From assembly GCA_032123335.1 (NCBI GenBank), contig JAQBFN010000009.1, forward strand, positions 1 through 23,608: a stretch of DNA of 23,608 nt, in the 5' to 3' direction. A program made the translations under genes and the position numbers. Positions 13,512-22,420 of this stretch are shown here, piece after piece. Numbering within the stretch: the stretch's first letter is position 1; every line of letters starts with the position of its first letter. This stretch comes from Candidatus Micrarchaeota archaeon. Its GTDB lineage: Archaea > Micrarchaeota > Micrarchaeia > Anstonellales > Bilamarchaeaceae. The notes beneath the pieces were generated by a model that was not told where the DNA came from, searched no databases, and saw nothing but the letters and a program-made list of their open reading frames with translations.

Positions 13512-16075
13512 GCAATATGGCTGACATCAAGAATATCAGGATACAGAAAAGCACTTACCAGTTTGGGGTAAAAAAGCGCTATTCCAGTGAGTTCAAATAC
13601 AAAAAGGTAGTGAAAACTCCCCTGAAGAAAATCCAGGAGGCAATTGCAGCCTGGAGAAAGCCAAAGGGGAAGATTGTGCTTGAAGATGCGGAAGAGGACC
13701 AGAGTACAACAATGGCACTTGAGCGGAAAGTAACAAAGAAGGAAAAAACCCCGCTCCTAAGCCCGAAGCTCATAATGAAAGCAGGGGGGGCACTGATGCT
13801 TTTCATCCTCCTCATGGCAACAGTAGTTCTATTTTTCCAATCCAATGTATATTCGCAGGAAATTGTTATTAATCCGGTTTCAATCCAGTCCTTTTCAGTT
13901 GATGTGGAGGGGTACGATTTGCTTACCGCAAGCAGCGAGGAACAGCCCAGGTACCCATACCACACGGCATTTGTAAGGCTCAGCTTCCAGGGGGAGGGCG
14001 CAGGGGAAATCCCAGTGGAGCTGGAAGCATACAACTCCGTTGTCCCATCCTCGATTTACATCCTGAGGAGCTATCGCTACCAGGCTGAAACATACCCGGA
14101 ATTCATCAGCACACTCAAAACCAACCTTTCTGCCTGGGGAATCCCGGTAAATGAAATCGGGATGGAGGAGCTTTCCTCCCTGCCTTCACAATCATTGGTT
14201 ATCGTGCCAAGCGGTTATATCCCGGAGCAGATGCTCACCGGCCAGGACAGTAGGCTCACCAGCCTCCTTGCCAGGGGAGTTACAGTTTTGTATGTTGGCC
14301 AGCCATTCTTCAGGATGTATGGGACCCAGGGTGCGGTTGTTTCCGCAAATCCCGCAGCACTGGACCCGATGAGGGTTTCATTTGATGAAGTAACTCCCAT
14401 CTCATCTACAACAGGGTTCAACCTGAAGAGCCCGCTCTATTCAATAGGCGGGGCTACCCTGGTGTGGGGCTCAGTGAGTGCATTGTCCTATGAGCAGGGA
14501 TACCTCATTGCACTTCCCCAGACCCTTGATGGGGGTTGGGAAAGCGGCCAGGATGCCGCAGAGGACGTATATAGCCTTATAGTGCAGATGCCCTGGCTCA
14601 AGCCCATAGGCACTGCTTCGGAAACTGCAACGGTTGGGGGGAACGCCACGCTCATTGAGCTTTTTACAAGCACATTTGAAGGAGACAACAAGTATGTGCG
14701 CGTCTATGGATTCAACCCGGAAACAGGGCTAGGCTTCAGCAAAGTACTCTTCATCCAGAAGAGCACGAACGGGGAGCTGTACACCCAGGGGCATGACATA
14801 AAGCCCGCAGGCCTTGGCTCAACTAAAATGGACATCATGGCAGAGCTGAATGAAGCAGGGGGTGAGGAAAGGATTTTCTTTACGGTTACCCAGATGCTTA
14901 CTGAAGTTGACCGGGAGCCCATTGCAACAACAAAAGTCGCGCTTAACTCAAGGCCCACATTCCCTTACGAATTTGTGCTCGCCAGCGGAAATTACATACT
15001 TAATGTTGTGGATGGCGATGGAAATGAATACGCCCGCTCCTACATGCGCGTAGGCAACCTCATCATCCAGCCGGGCCAGCATTCTTTCAGCAGTGATATC
15101 TACAGATATTCTTTCTACCTTGACGGTGAGCCCATCCAAGTGAGTGGAAGCGTCTATGTGGATGACCACACTGAGAACAAGATGGACTTTGAGAATGTGC
15201 AGGAAGTGGAAATTGAGGCTGCGCAGCTTGCAGGGGGCCCCATCTCAGCAAACGAAGACCACACATTTACTTTTGAGCTTGGGGAATTCACATATGAGGA
15301 CACAATAAGGAAGACCTCGGCCCGCTCACTTTTTGACAGTCCGTTCATAATGGGCGCAGTGGTAATCGGGGTGATCGCCCTTGGAGTAGGATTCCTTTTT
15401 GCAAGGAAGGGCGTTACGATGTACGGCCTGGACATCCCGGACTTCCCGCCCCAGAGCACAAAGAAAATCCCGATGAAGAAGGAAAAGCTCATTGAGATTT
15501 TCCAGGATATAAACGAGCGCTATAAATGGAAGGCTACCCCCCTTACACTGAGCGAAATAAAGAGCGGGTTCAGGGGAATCCTGCACGAAGGGAAACCAAT
15601 TTTCATAAGTGACTACAATCTGGAATACCTGCTCATGAGGCTCATGGGAATGAACCTGGTGAAGAGGGAGCTCAAATATTATGGGCTTACATCCTGGGAA
15701 GAGGAAACCGGGCAAACGGTGCGCCACCTTGCATTCTTCAGGAAGCTCAGGGACATCTGCATAAACAACGCAATCCCGTTCACCCCACTTGGAAAAAGCA
15801 AGGAATATGATTCAAAAATCACGATAATCGGCCAGGATATATATGTGCACCTTTACGATGATCCTGGAAGAATAATCCCGGATGCTCTCGCAAGCCTCAA
15901 GAATGGCCTGAACATAATAATATTTGAGGAACAGGCGGAGAAGAGCGAATTCTATGAATATCTTTCAAGCGGATATGCGGGCGGAACCACGCTCAAGCTT
16001 GAAGTGCAGGCGGGCTCAGTGCTCCTAAAAACATGGGATGAGTTCGAGGAAATGGTAAAGGAAATGAAGGTCTAG
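13508..16075 (+). CDS. Large two-TM membrane protein with a putative extracellular region of about 500 aa and a cytoplasmic C-terminus of about 220 aa
   Basis: Basic N-terminus, TM1 at about aa 92-110, acidic beta-rich middle, TM2 at about aa 612-632. GTGA overlap with the upstream stop. An alternative ATG lies at 13517. Confidence 0.85.
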   Translation: MSNMADIKNIRIQKSTYQFGVKKRYSSEFKYKKVVKTPLKKIQEAIAAWRKPKGKIVLEDAEEDQSTTMALERKVTKKEKTPLLSPKLIMKAGGALMLFILLMATVVLFFQSNVYSQEIVINPVSIQSFSVDVEGYDLLTASSEEQPRYPYHTAFVRLSFQGEGAGEIPVELEAYNSVVPSSIYILRSYRYQAETYPEFISTLKTNLSAWGIPVNEIGMEELSSLPSQSLVIVPSGYIPEQMLTGQDSRLTSLLARGVTVLYVGQPFFRMYGTQGAVVSANPAALDPMRVSFDEVTPISSTTGFNLKSPLYSIGGATLVWGSVSALSYEQGYLIALPQTLDGGWESGQDAAEDVYSLIVQMPWLKPIGTASETATVGGNATLIELFTSTFEGDNKYVRVYGFNPETGLGFSKVLFIQKSTNGELYTQGHDIKPAGLGSTKMDIMAELNEAGGEERIFFTVTQMLTEVDREPIATTKVALNSRPTFPYEFVLASGNYILNVVDGDGNEYARSYMRVGNLIIQPGQHSFSSDIYRYSFYLDGEPIQVSGSVYVDDHTENKMDFENVQEVEIEAAQLAGGPISANEDHTFTFELGEFTYEDTIRKTSARSLFDSPFIMGAVVIGVIALGVGFLFARKGVTMYGLDIPDFPPQSTKKIPMKKEKLIEIFQDINERYKWKATPLTLSEIKSGFRGILHEGKPIFISDYNLEYLLMRLMGMNLVKRELKYYGLTSWEEETGQTVRHLAFFRKLRDICINNAIPFTPLGKSKEYDSKITIIGQDIYVHLYDDPGRIIPDALASLKNGLNIIIFEEQAEKSEFYEYLSSGYAGGTTLKLEVQAGSVLLKTWDEFEEMVKEMKV

Positions 16076-17217
16076 GGTTTTCCATTTTTCAAAGTGTCTT
16101 CATAGACCTTTATTAGCTCTTCCACTCTTTTTTCAGAATCATATCCCCTTGCAACTTCCTTGCATTTTTTCTCCATTTTCTTCCCGTTTTCAAGCGCAAG
16201 GAGAAGCTTTTCCCTGAAGTCCACTTCTTCCTTGAACAGGTACCCGGTTTCGCCATCCTGTACAAAATCAGAGGAGCCTGAGCGCTCAGGCGCAACAACG
16301 GGAAGCCCTGCGGCCATTGCTTCAAGCGCAACAAGCCCCTGCGTGTCAAAATAGGATGGGAATGCAAACGCATCGGCTACATTGTAGTAATCTGGCAATT
16401 CTTTCCTTGGAACAAATCCCCTGAATATGAAATACTCGTCCAGCCCCTTGAGGGCTACGAGGTTTTTGTAATGCTCCTCAGCAGGCCCCTTTCCCACAAT
16501 AATGAAAACCACATTGGGCTTCTTGTTTATGATGGACTGGGCTTCGTTTATGAGCAGCTCAAGGTTCTTCTCCTTCACCAGTCTTCCCACATGCAGCACA
16601 ATCTTCTTTTTCCCCAGCCTGTGCCTTTTCCTTATCCATTCCCCATCCCCCCCAGCATAAAACCTGTAATTTATCCCTGCAGGCATCACATTAGTATTGG
16701 TTATCCCCTCCTTCTCAAGGATTTTCTGTGTGAAGTTGCTGGGCACAAGCACCCTCTTGAAGAATTTGTAGTACCAGCGCAGGTATTTCCAGGAAACTTC
16801 CTCAAGGAATTTCTGCATGTCTGCCCTACTGGTGAGGTAGTGGGTTGCACTGGGCACCATTGTATGGAAGGATGCAATCGAAGGGATTTTCAGGTGGTTT
16901 GCGCAGTCTATTGCTGCAAGCCCGGTAGTTGCAATCCCATGGGAGTGTATCAAATCCACGTTCATTTCCTTGAGTAGTTTCCTTGCGGACTGGAACGGGA
17001 AAAGAGCCAGCCTGTAATCAGGGTATGGCTTGAACGAAGCAGATGTAAAATAGTACACATTCTTGTCCTTGTTTTCCTGCTTCTGCTTCTTTGTTCCGGG
17101 AGTAAGTATGAATATCTCGTGCCCCCTCTTCTCAAGGCCCTTCCGGTAATTAAGAAGGCATGCAACAACTCCATCGTTGTTCGGCAGGTACGTATCAGTG
17201 AAGTATGCAATTCTCAT
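16072..17217 (-). CDS. Glycosyltransferase family 4 (GT-B)
   Basis: MRIAYFTDTYLP..DGV, HVGRL.KEKN, VG.GP and FPSYFDTQGLVALEAMAAGLPVV motifs. Confidence 0.93.
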   Translation of the reverse strand: MRIAYFTDTYLPNNDGVVACLLNYRKGLEKRGHEIFILTPGTKKQKQENKDKNVYYFTSASFKPYPDYRLALFPFQSARKLLKEMNVDLIHSHGIATTGLAAIDCANHLKIPSIASFHTMVPSATHYLTSRADMQKFLEEVSWKYLRWYYKFFKRVLVPSNFTQKILEKEGITNTNVMPAGINYRFYAGGDGEWIRKRHRLGKKKIVLHVGRLVKEKNLELLINEAQSIINKKPNVVFIIVGKGPAEEHYKNLVALKGLDEYFIFRGFVPRKELPDYYNVADAFAFPSYFDTQGLVALEAMAAGLPVVAPERSGSSDFVQDGETGYLFKEEVDFREKLLLALENGKKMEKKCKEVARGYDSEKRVEELIKVYEDTLKNGKP

Positions 17218-17222
17218 CCCAT

Positions 17223-18071
17223 CTACTCCGAAAACATCTTTTCAAGCATAGGCTTTATTGAAACCTTTGAAACTTCCGTAGGTATCGTATCCGAAACAAA
17301 AACTTCTCCTGCTTCCTTTAATTTCTCTAGTGAGCCCTTGAGGAAGAACCCGTGTGCAGCAGTGCAAATCACGCTTTTCGCGCCCCCTTTCTTCACGTTC
17401 TCCACTCCCCTGAGCATAGTTCCCCCGGTTGAAATCATGTCATCAATTATCAGCACGGATTTCCCGGAAACATCCTTCTCCATCTTCACATCCGTTATCT
17501 CCCTATAGGCCTCTCCCCCCTCTGCATACTCCCCCCTCTCCTTTTTCATGCTCGAACCCCCAAACTCAGCAACAAGGTAATTTGCGCCTTCATCCGGGCT
17601 CATTATTTCCAGTTCCCCCCCCGCGATCTCATGCGCTTTTTCAACCAGCTCAGTATTCAAAGAGATATTCTTTATCTTCAGCCCCCCATACTCAAATTCT
17701 CCCTCCTTTTTCAGAAAGTGGCAATCAAAAGTAACGAGCTTATCCACCCCTTCACGCTTGATAAGCTCGCACAGAATCTCCGCACTCTTAACCTCCCCTT
17801 CCTTGAATATCGTATCCTGCCTGGAATAGGGCAGGTAGGGAACAACAAGAGTAATGCTCTTCGGATTATGCGCCCTGAGCGCCCGCAGCACAAGTATCGT
17901 CTGGAAAATCGCGGAATCCTGCTCAGGGTAGAGACGAGTAAACACCACTACTTCCTTCCCTTCAGCCTCTTTCGCAGAGGGCACCCTCACGTAGCTGTCC
18001 CCGTCAGGGAACTTCTTTATCTCCACGTTGGGCTCGTACAGATCTGAAAAAGAAGGGCAGACAATCTTCAT
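17223..18071 (-). CDS. prs: Ribose-phosphate pyrophosphokinase
   Basis: KFPDG, VPYLPYSRQD, SPDEGA and the PRT motif LIIDDMISTGGTM. Confidence 0.95.
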   Translation of the reverse strand: MKIVCPSFSDLYEPNVEIKKFPDGDSYVRVPSAKEAEGKEVVVFTRLYPEQDSAIFQTILVLRALRAHNPKSITLVVPYLPYSRQDTIFKEGEVKSAEILCELIKREGVDKLVTFDCHFLKKEGEFEYGGLKIKNISLNTELVEKAHEIAGGELEIMSPDEGANYLVAEFGGSSMKKERGEYAEGGEAYREITDVKMEKDVSGKSVLIIDDMISTGGTMLRGVENVKKGGAKSVICTAAHGFFLKGSLEKLKEAGEVFVSDTIPTEVSKVSIKPMLEKMFSE

Positions 18072-18126
18072 AACCTAGAAAGGGAAAGAAATAGTTATAA
18101 AAGGCACTATTTGTGCCTTTTTATGT

Positions 18127-18561
18127 TTAAACAAGCTCGGATGCCCTAAACTTCCTTTCGCAGTACCCGCATCTGTACTCCCCATCATCAAGCGCAAACC
18201 TGCTCAACACGTTCTGGTGATTGGAGATGCACTTCGGGTTCGGGCACTTCCCCACGCCCTCCATCTTTTCCGGAAGTTCTGCTTTCTTTTTCTTCACAAC
18301 CTTCCCATCCTGGATATGGTTTACGGTTGCATTGGGAGAAATAAGCGCAAGCGCATCGGTTTTCTCCTCGGATACGAGAATTCCCTCAATCTTTACAATG
18401 TCCTTTTTCCCGCTCTTCTTGCTTATCACATTCATCACAAGCGCAACCCTGTGCGGATAGTTCTTGTCGATTCCCAAAAGCTCCATTACGCGGATTCCCA
18501 TCCCCTGCTGGATATGGTCCACCACAGTTCCCTGATTGATTGTATCAACGGTTATCGCCAT
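18127..18561 (-). CDS. pyrI: Aspartate carbamoyltransferase regulatory subunit
   Basis: GTVVDHI, KKDIVKIEG, and Zn ligands CPNPKCIS...CGYC. ATG 18561 follows a GGTGA RBS. Confidence 0.95.
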   Translation of the reverse strand: MAITVDTINQGTVVDHIQQGMGIRVMELLGIDKNYPHRVALVMNVISKKSGKKDIVKIEGILVSEEKTDALALISPNATVNHIQDGKVVKKKKAELPEKMEGVGKCPNPKCISNHQNVLSRFALDDGEYRCGYCERKFRASELV

Positions 18562-18562
18562 C

Positions 18563-19504
18563 TCATTCACCCGCAAGCATCTTAGAAACCTTCGGTTTCT
18601 TCTGTTGAGCAGAGCTCAACATCTTTTTCATAATAGCCATCCTCATCGGGATTCCGTTCTTTGCCTGCTCAAAGTACCTTGCGTACTTGCTCTTGTCCAC
18701 TTCCGGAGGAATCTCATCTATTTTTGGAAGCGGGTGCAGAATAATCATGTCCTCTTTCACTCCCTGCAAGTATTCCGGCTTGATTGTGAACTTCTTCTTC
18801 ACGCTCATTGCCTCATACTTATCTTCAAATCTTTCCTCCTGGATCCTGCACACATACACCACATCCGCGCCCTTGAAGTCAATCACATCGGTTTCCTCAA
18901 CTTCTGTCCCGAACTTCTTCTTCACATCCGCAATCGCGTCCCGGGCCATCTCCAGCCCTGCAGGGGCAACAAGCTTTACCTTAGCCCCAAACATCGCCAG
19001 CCCATAGAGAAGCGAACGCATGGTGCGCGCATGCTTAAGATCCCCAACCAGGTGCACATTCAAAGCGCCGATATCCCCTTTCATTTTCTTGAGCGTATAA
19101 AGGTCCAGTAAAGTCTGGGAGGGATGCTGATTCCCGCCGTCTCCTCCATTAGCTACGGGTGCATTTGCAAACTCGGCAGCAACCCTTGCACTTCCCTCAA
19201 GAGGGTGCCTTAATACAATTATATCCGCATACCCATCCACAGTCTTGATGGTATCCTCAAAGCTCTCCCCCTTCTTCAAAGAGGAAGTCTCGCCCACAAA
19301 ATCAATAATCTTCAGCCCAAGCCTTTCCGCAGCGCTTTGGAACGAGAGCTTGGTCCTTGTGGAAGGCTCAAAGAACATCGTTGCCACAATCCCTTCCAGC
19401 TTTTCCACGTTTCCGGATTCAAGCTGCTTGTCCATCTCTTCCGCTCTCGCGAAATAATCCTCGACATCTTCTTTGCTGAGGTCCCTAAACGATATTAAGT
19501 CCAT
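18563..19504 (-). CDS. pyrB: Aspartate carbamoyltransferase catalytic subunit
   Basis: FFEPSTRT.LSF, KGESF.DT, NGGDG..QHPSQ.LLD, RIQ.ERF and LHPLP motifs. Confidence 0.97.
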   Translation of the reverse strand: MDLISFRDLSKEDVEDYFARAEEMDKQLESGNVEKLEGIVATMFFEPSTRTKLSFQSAAERLGLKIIDFVGETSSLKKGESFEDTIKTVDGYADIIVLRHPLEGSARVAAEFANAPVANGGDGGNQHPSQTLLDLYTLKKMKGDIGALNVHLVGDLKHARTMRSLLYGLAMFGAKVKLVAPAGLEMARDAIADVKKKFGTEVEETDVIDFKGADVVYVCRIQEERFEDKYEAMSVKKKFTIKPEYLQGVKEDMIILHPLPKIDEIPPEVDKSKYARYFEQAKNGIPMRMAIMKKMLSSAQQKKPKVSKMLAGE

Positions 19505-19620
19505 AATCCCACCTTTCAGGGTTTAGGCAGAAATACCCATTTAAATCCCCCCTACGCGCGCATGGACAAGGTATTTATTTTATTCCATGCATGATATAAT
19601 TTTCTTCTAATAATTGGTGG

Positions 19621-20199
19621 GTGGTTTTAATAAAAATAGTGTTTGACGGAATCGATGGATGCGGAAAGGACACCCAGATTGCCCTTCTTAAGGACAAGAT
19701 AGATTTCACACATTTCAAATATCCAACTCCGGAATTCCCCTCAATCCGGGAATATTTAGAAAAGAAGCGCTCAATCGAGCCAAAGTCCCTTTTTCTCCTG
19801 TTCCTTGCAGATATTGCAAACGAGCAGGAAAAGCTTGCGGATACACTTGAAACCTGCATAATCGACCGATATGTATTCTCCACAATTGCATATGACAAGC
19901 ATTACCCCTATGGGCAGGCAAAGGATTTAGTCTCGGATATAAATTTTGTGCGCCCGGACACCGTAATCCTGCTGGATTTGCCCCCGGAGATTGCACATGA
20001 GCGCAAAATAAAGCAAAAGGAAAAGGAAGGGAAATCCCCTGACAGGTATGATGAGGATATCGAATACCTCAAGCACGTGCGCGAGCGCTTCCTCACCCTA
20101 AAAGAAGATTCATTCCTCTGCCCCAATTGGGTTGTGCTCGATGCCACGAAGCCGCCAGAAGAGCTGCATAAGGAAATCCTCAAGCTCATCCAGGGCTGA
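19621..20199 (+). CDS. tmk: Thymidylate kinase
   Basis: VFDGIDGCGKDTQ P-loop, LLFLAD, IIDRY..STIAY and PD.VILLD motifs. Confidence 0.9.
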   Translation: MVLIKIVFDGIDGCGKDTQIALLKDKIDFTHFKYPTPEFPSIREYLEKKRSIEPKSLFLLFLADIANEQEKLADTLETCIIDRYVFSTIAYDKHYPYGQAKDLVSDINFVRPDTVILLDLPPEIAHERKIKQKEKEGKSPDRYDEDIEYLKHVRERFLTLKEDSFLCPNWVVLDATKPPEELHKEILKLIQG

Positions 20200-20260
20200 A
20201 CGTGAGATTTTTATATACTACTCCTCTAAACTTCTATCTACTTTCACATGCGCCCCATGT

Positions 20261-20303
20261 TTTGGAGCGCTTGTGCCGCAGGGTTGCCTGCGTGCACTCC
20301 AAA
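20261..20303. repeat. Hairpin element, family B copy 2, in the 5' leader of tRNA-Glu
   Basis: TTTGGAGCGCTTGTGCCGC-AGGGTTGCCT-GCGTGCACTCCAAA, bracketed by CATG (20256-20259 and 20305-20308). Confidence 0.8.
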
Positions 20304-20307
20304 TCAT

Positions 20308-20382
20308 GCTCCCGTAGTCTAGCCCGGTCAAGGACACTGGACTTTCACTCCGGCAGCCCGGGTTCGAATCCCGGCGGGAGCA
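20308..20382 (+). tRNA. tRNA-Glu (TTC)
   Basis: GCTCCCG/CGGGAGC acceptor stem, CTGGA-CTTTCAC-TCCGG anticodon arm and CCGGG-TTCGAAT-CCCGG T arm. A TTTATATA box lies at about 20209-20217. Confidence 0.97.
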
Positions 20383-20541
20383 TTTTACTCCTAGTTAACA
20401 TCCCGGCTATACGTGCATACGTAAAATACCACCATGCACGGAATCCGGGCAAATCGTTCCACTAATTCTGGTTTTTCTCCAGTGTTTCATACAACACCCT
20501 GCATGAATCTGTAAAAAGAATAAAACCGAAGGTGTATACAT

Positions 20542-21762
20542 ATGAAATACGACATCCACAATACCGGGTTGCAGCTGGATAATGCTCTTAGAAGGCTGAA
20601 GGAAGACAAATCGATTCTGCCAAAGAATAAGGCCCGGATATTCGAATTTGACGAATATCTACAGACTCTGGGGCTGAAAAACTCAAGGCGGCTGAAATAC
20701 ATAATCCTGCTCAGATGGCTCTCCAGGGAGGTAAACAAGCCTTTTGAAAAAGTGACTAAGGAAGACCTCATGAAGATTGTCAGGGTGTTGCAGAATAACC
20801 CTGATCTTTCAGAATGGAGCAAAGTAGACCGGAAAGTAACCATAAAGCGCTTCTATAAGTGGCTGACAGGGGACGATGAGCAATATCCCCCGGAAGTCCG
20901 GTGGATAAAATGCAGGCTGAAAAACGACCGCTGCAAGCTGCCAGAGGAATTAATCACGGAAGAAGACATAACTAAGATGGCCGATGCAACTATCAAATCA
21001 AGAGACAAAGCATTCATTCAGTGCCTTTATGAGACCGGATGCAGAATAGGGGAGCTCCTTACTCTCCAGCTAAAGAACATCAACTTTGATAAGCATGGTG
21101 CAGTTCTCAGAGTAACTGGAAAAACAGGAGACAGGAGAATAAGGATAGTTGCATCTGCCCCTGCTCTTGCAACATGGCTCGACTTTCACCCATATAAGAA
21201 GAATCCGGATGCATTTTTATGGGTAAGAAACCTCCATAGAGGCGCAAAAGATTTCCTGCCTTTCAGCTATCCATGTGCAGTAATACTGATTAGAAAGCTT
21301 GCAAAAAAGGCAGGCATAAGCAAGCGTGTCAACCCCCATACTTTTCGCCATTCCCGGGCGACCGCTCTTGCGAATAAGCTGACCGAGGCTCAAATGAAGG
21401 AGTATTTTGGGTGGACGCAGAGCTCAGACATGGCCGGAGTTTATGTCCATCTCAGTGGAAGGGACATCGACAATGCAATCCTGGATGTTTATGATGTAAA
21501 ACACAGCCAGAAGGAGACCGAGCAATTCAAACCCCTTACCTGTGCCCGTTGCAACACCACAAACTCGCCTGGCTCTAAATTCTGTACGAAATGTGCATAT
21601 GCACTGAGCGCAGATGTTGCCATTCAGGCCGAGAATGAAAACAAAGCCAATGGCGACATACTGAATCTTCTGATGAAAGACCCTCAGTTCCGTGAAATGA
21701 TGCTGAAGAAACTGATGGAAAAGGGTCAAAATGAGGCTAACCCCACCGAGGGGATACAATGA
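20542..21762 (+). CDS. Tyrosine recombinase/integrase with a C-terminal double CxxC Zn ribbon
   Basis: YETGCRIGE (R), GKTG (K), PHTFRHS (HxxR), FGW and catalytic Y in VYVHL. C-terminal CARC...CTKC. It sits 160 bp after tRNA-Glu. Confidence 0.95.
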   Translation: MKYDIHNTGLQLDNALRRLKEDKSILPKNKARIFEFDEYLQTLGLKNSRRLKYIILLRWLSREVNKPFEKVTKEDLMKIVRVLQNNPDLSEWSKVDRKVTIKRFYKWLTGDDEQYPPEVRWIKCRLKNDRCKLPEELITEEDITKMADATIKSRDKAFIQCLYETGCRIGELLTLQLKNINFDKHGAVLRVTGKTGDRRIRIVASAPALATWLDFHPYKKNPDAFLWVRNLHRGAKDFLPFSYPCAVILIRKLAKKAGISKRVNPHTFRHSRATALANKLTEAQMKEYFGWTQSSDMAGVYVHLSGRDIDNAILDVYDVKHSQKETEQFKPLTCARCNTTNSPGSKFCTKCAYALSADVAIQAENENKANGDILNLLMKDPQFREMMLKKLMEKGQNEANPTEGIQ

Positions 21763-21997
21763 ATTCAATACACAATCCAACCCAAGGCAATTTCCTGAGG
21801 TTTTGCCTTAAGTTTTGTCTAATCTTTTTGCTGTTTTATTAGGCAAATTCTTTGCCTTATTCCTGCCTTAAATCAAAGAATCAACCCCTTAATTCATGCA
21901 ATTTTAGCAGTTTAATAAATCAGGAATTATACTCTCGTGGCATCAGAGTCTCAGAATATGCACAAAAATGGAGTTTCTGCTTAGGAAAATACCTTTT

Positions 21998-22420
21998 TCA
22001 GAGCACATTTCGGGCATCCTCCAGGAACTCCCGCGCCCACTCAATAGATGCCTTTGCTGAGCTTTCCGAATATATCAGCCCATAGTCCGCATCCTTTCTC
22101 AGGCTCATAGTGTCCCGGAACCGCTCATAGTGCTTCCGCCCAAGAATTCCCGAATCTATAAATAAATTTTTCAATGCAACCGATAGGCACAAATGGCTTT
22201 TTTCACGGTAGCCCTTGCTTAGCACAAGGGCCTTGGCAGTATGGAACATTGAATAATATGCCTGCACAGTTGCCCACTTGAAATCATCCCCAGAGGCAGA
22301 ATTCCCTGCCCGCCCCAGATCGCTTTCTGCCTCTTCCACTTCCTTGTCAATGAGGTCCTTCGCCACCGGCTCCCTTACCAGCCCCCTCTCCCCTACGCAC
22401 CGTTTAAATCTTTCATCCAT
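21998..22420 (-). CDS. HEPN-domain protein (R-x4-Y type)
   Basis: KWATVQAYYSMFHTAKAL...GY.EKSH.C and LRKDADY motifs. ATG 22420 follows GGTGAGG. Confidence 0.9.
   Translation of the reverse strand: MDERFKRCVGERGLVREPVAKDLIDKEVEEAESDLGRAGNSASGDDFKWATVQAYYSMFHTAKALVLSKGYREKSHLCLSVALKNLFIDSGILGRKHYERFRDTMSLRKDADYGLIYSESSAKASIEWAREFLEDARNVL

Noticed and set aside
1458..20382. Whole interval between the two tRNAs as one island bounded by the family B repeats
   Set aside because: The interval is mostly housekeeping genes, and the repeats are diverged hairpins rather than att-like tRNA duplications.
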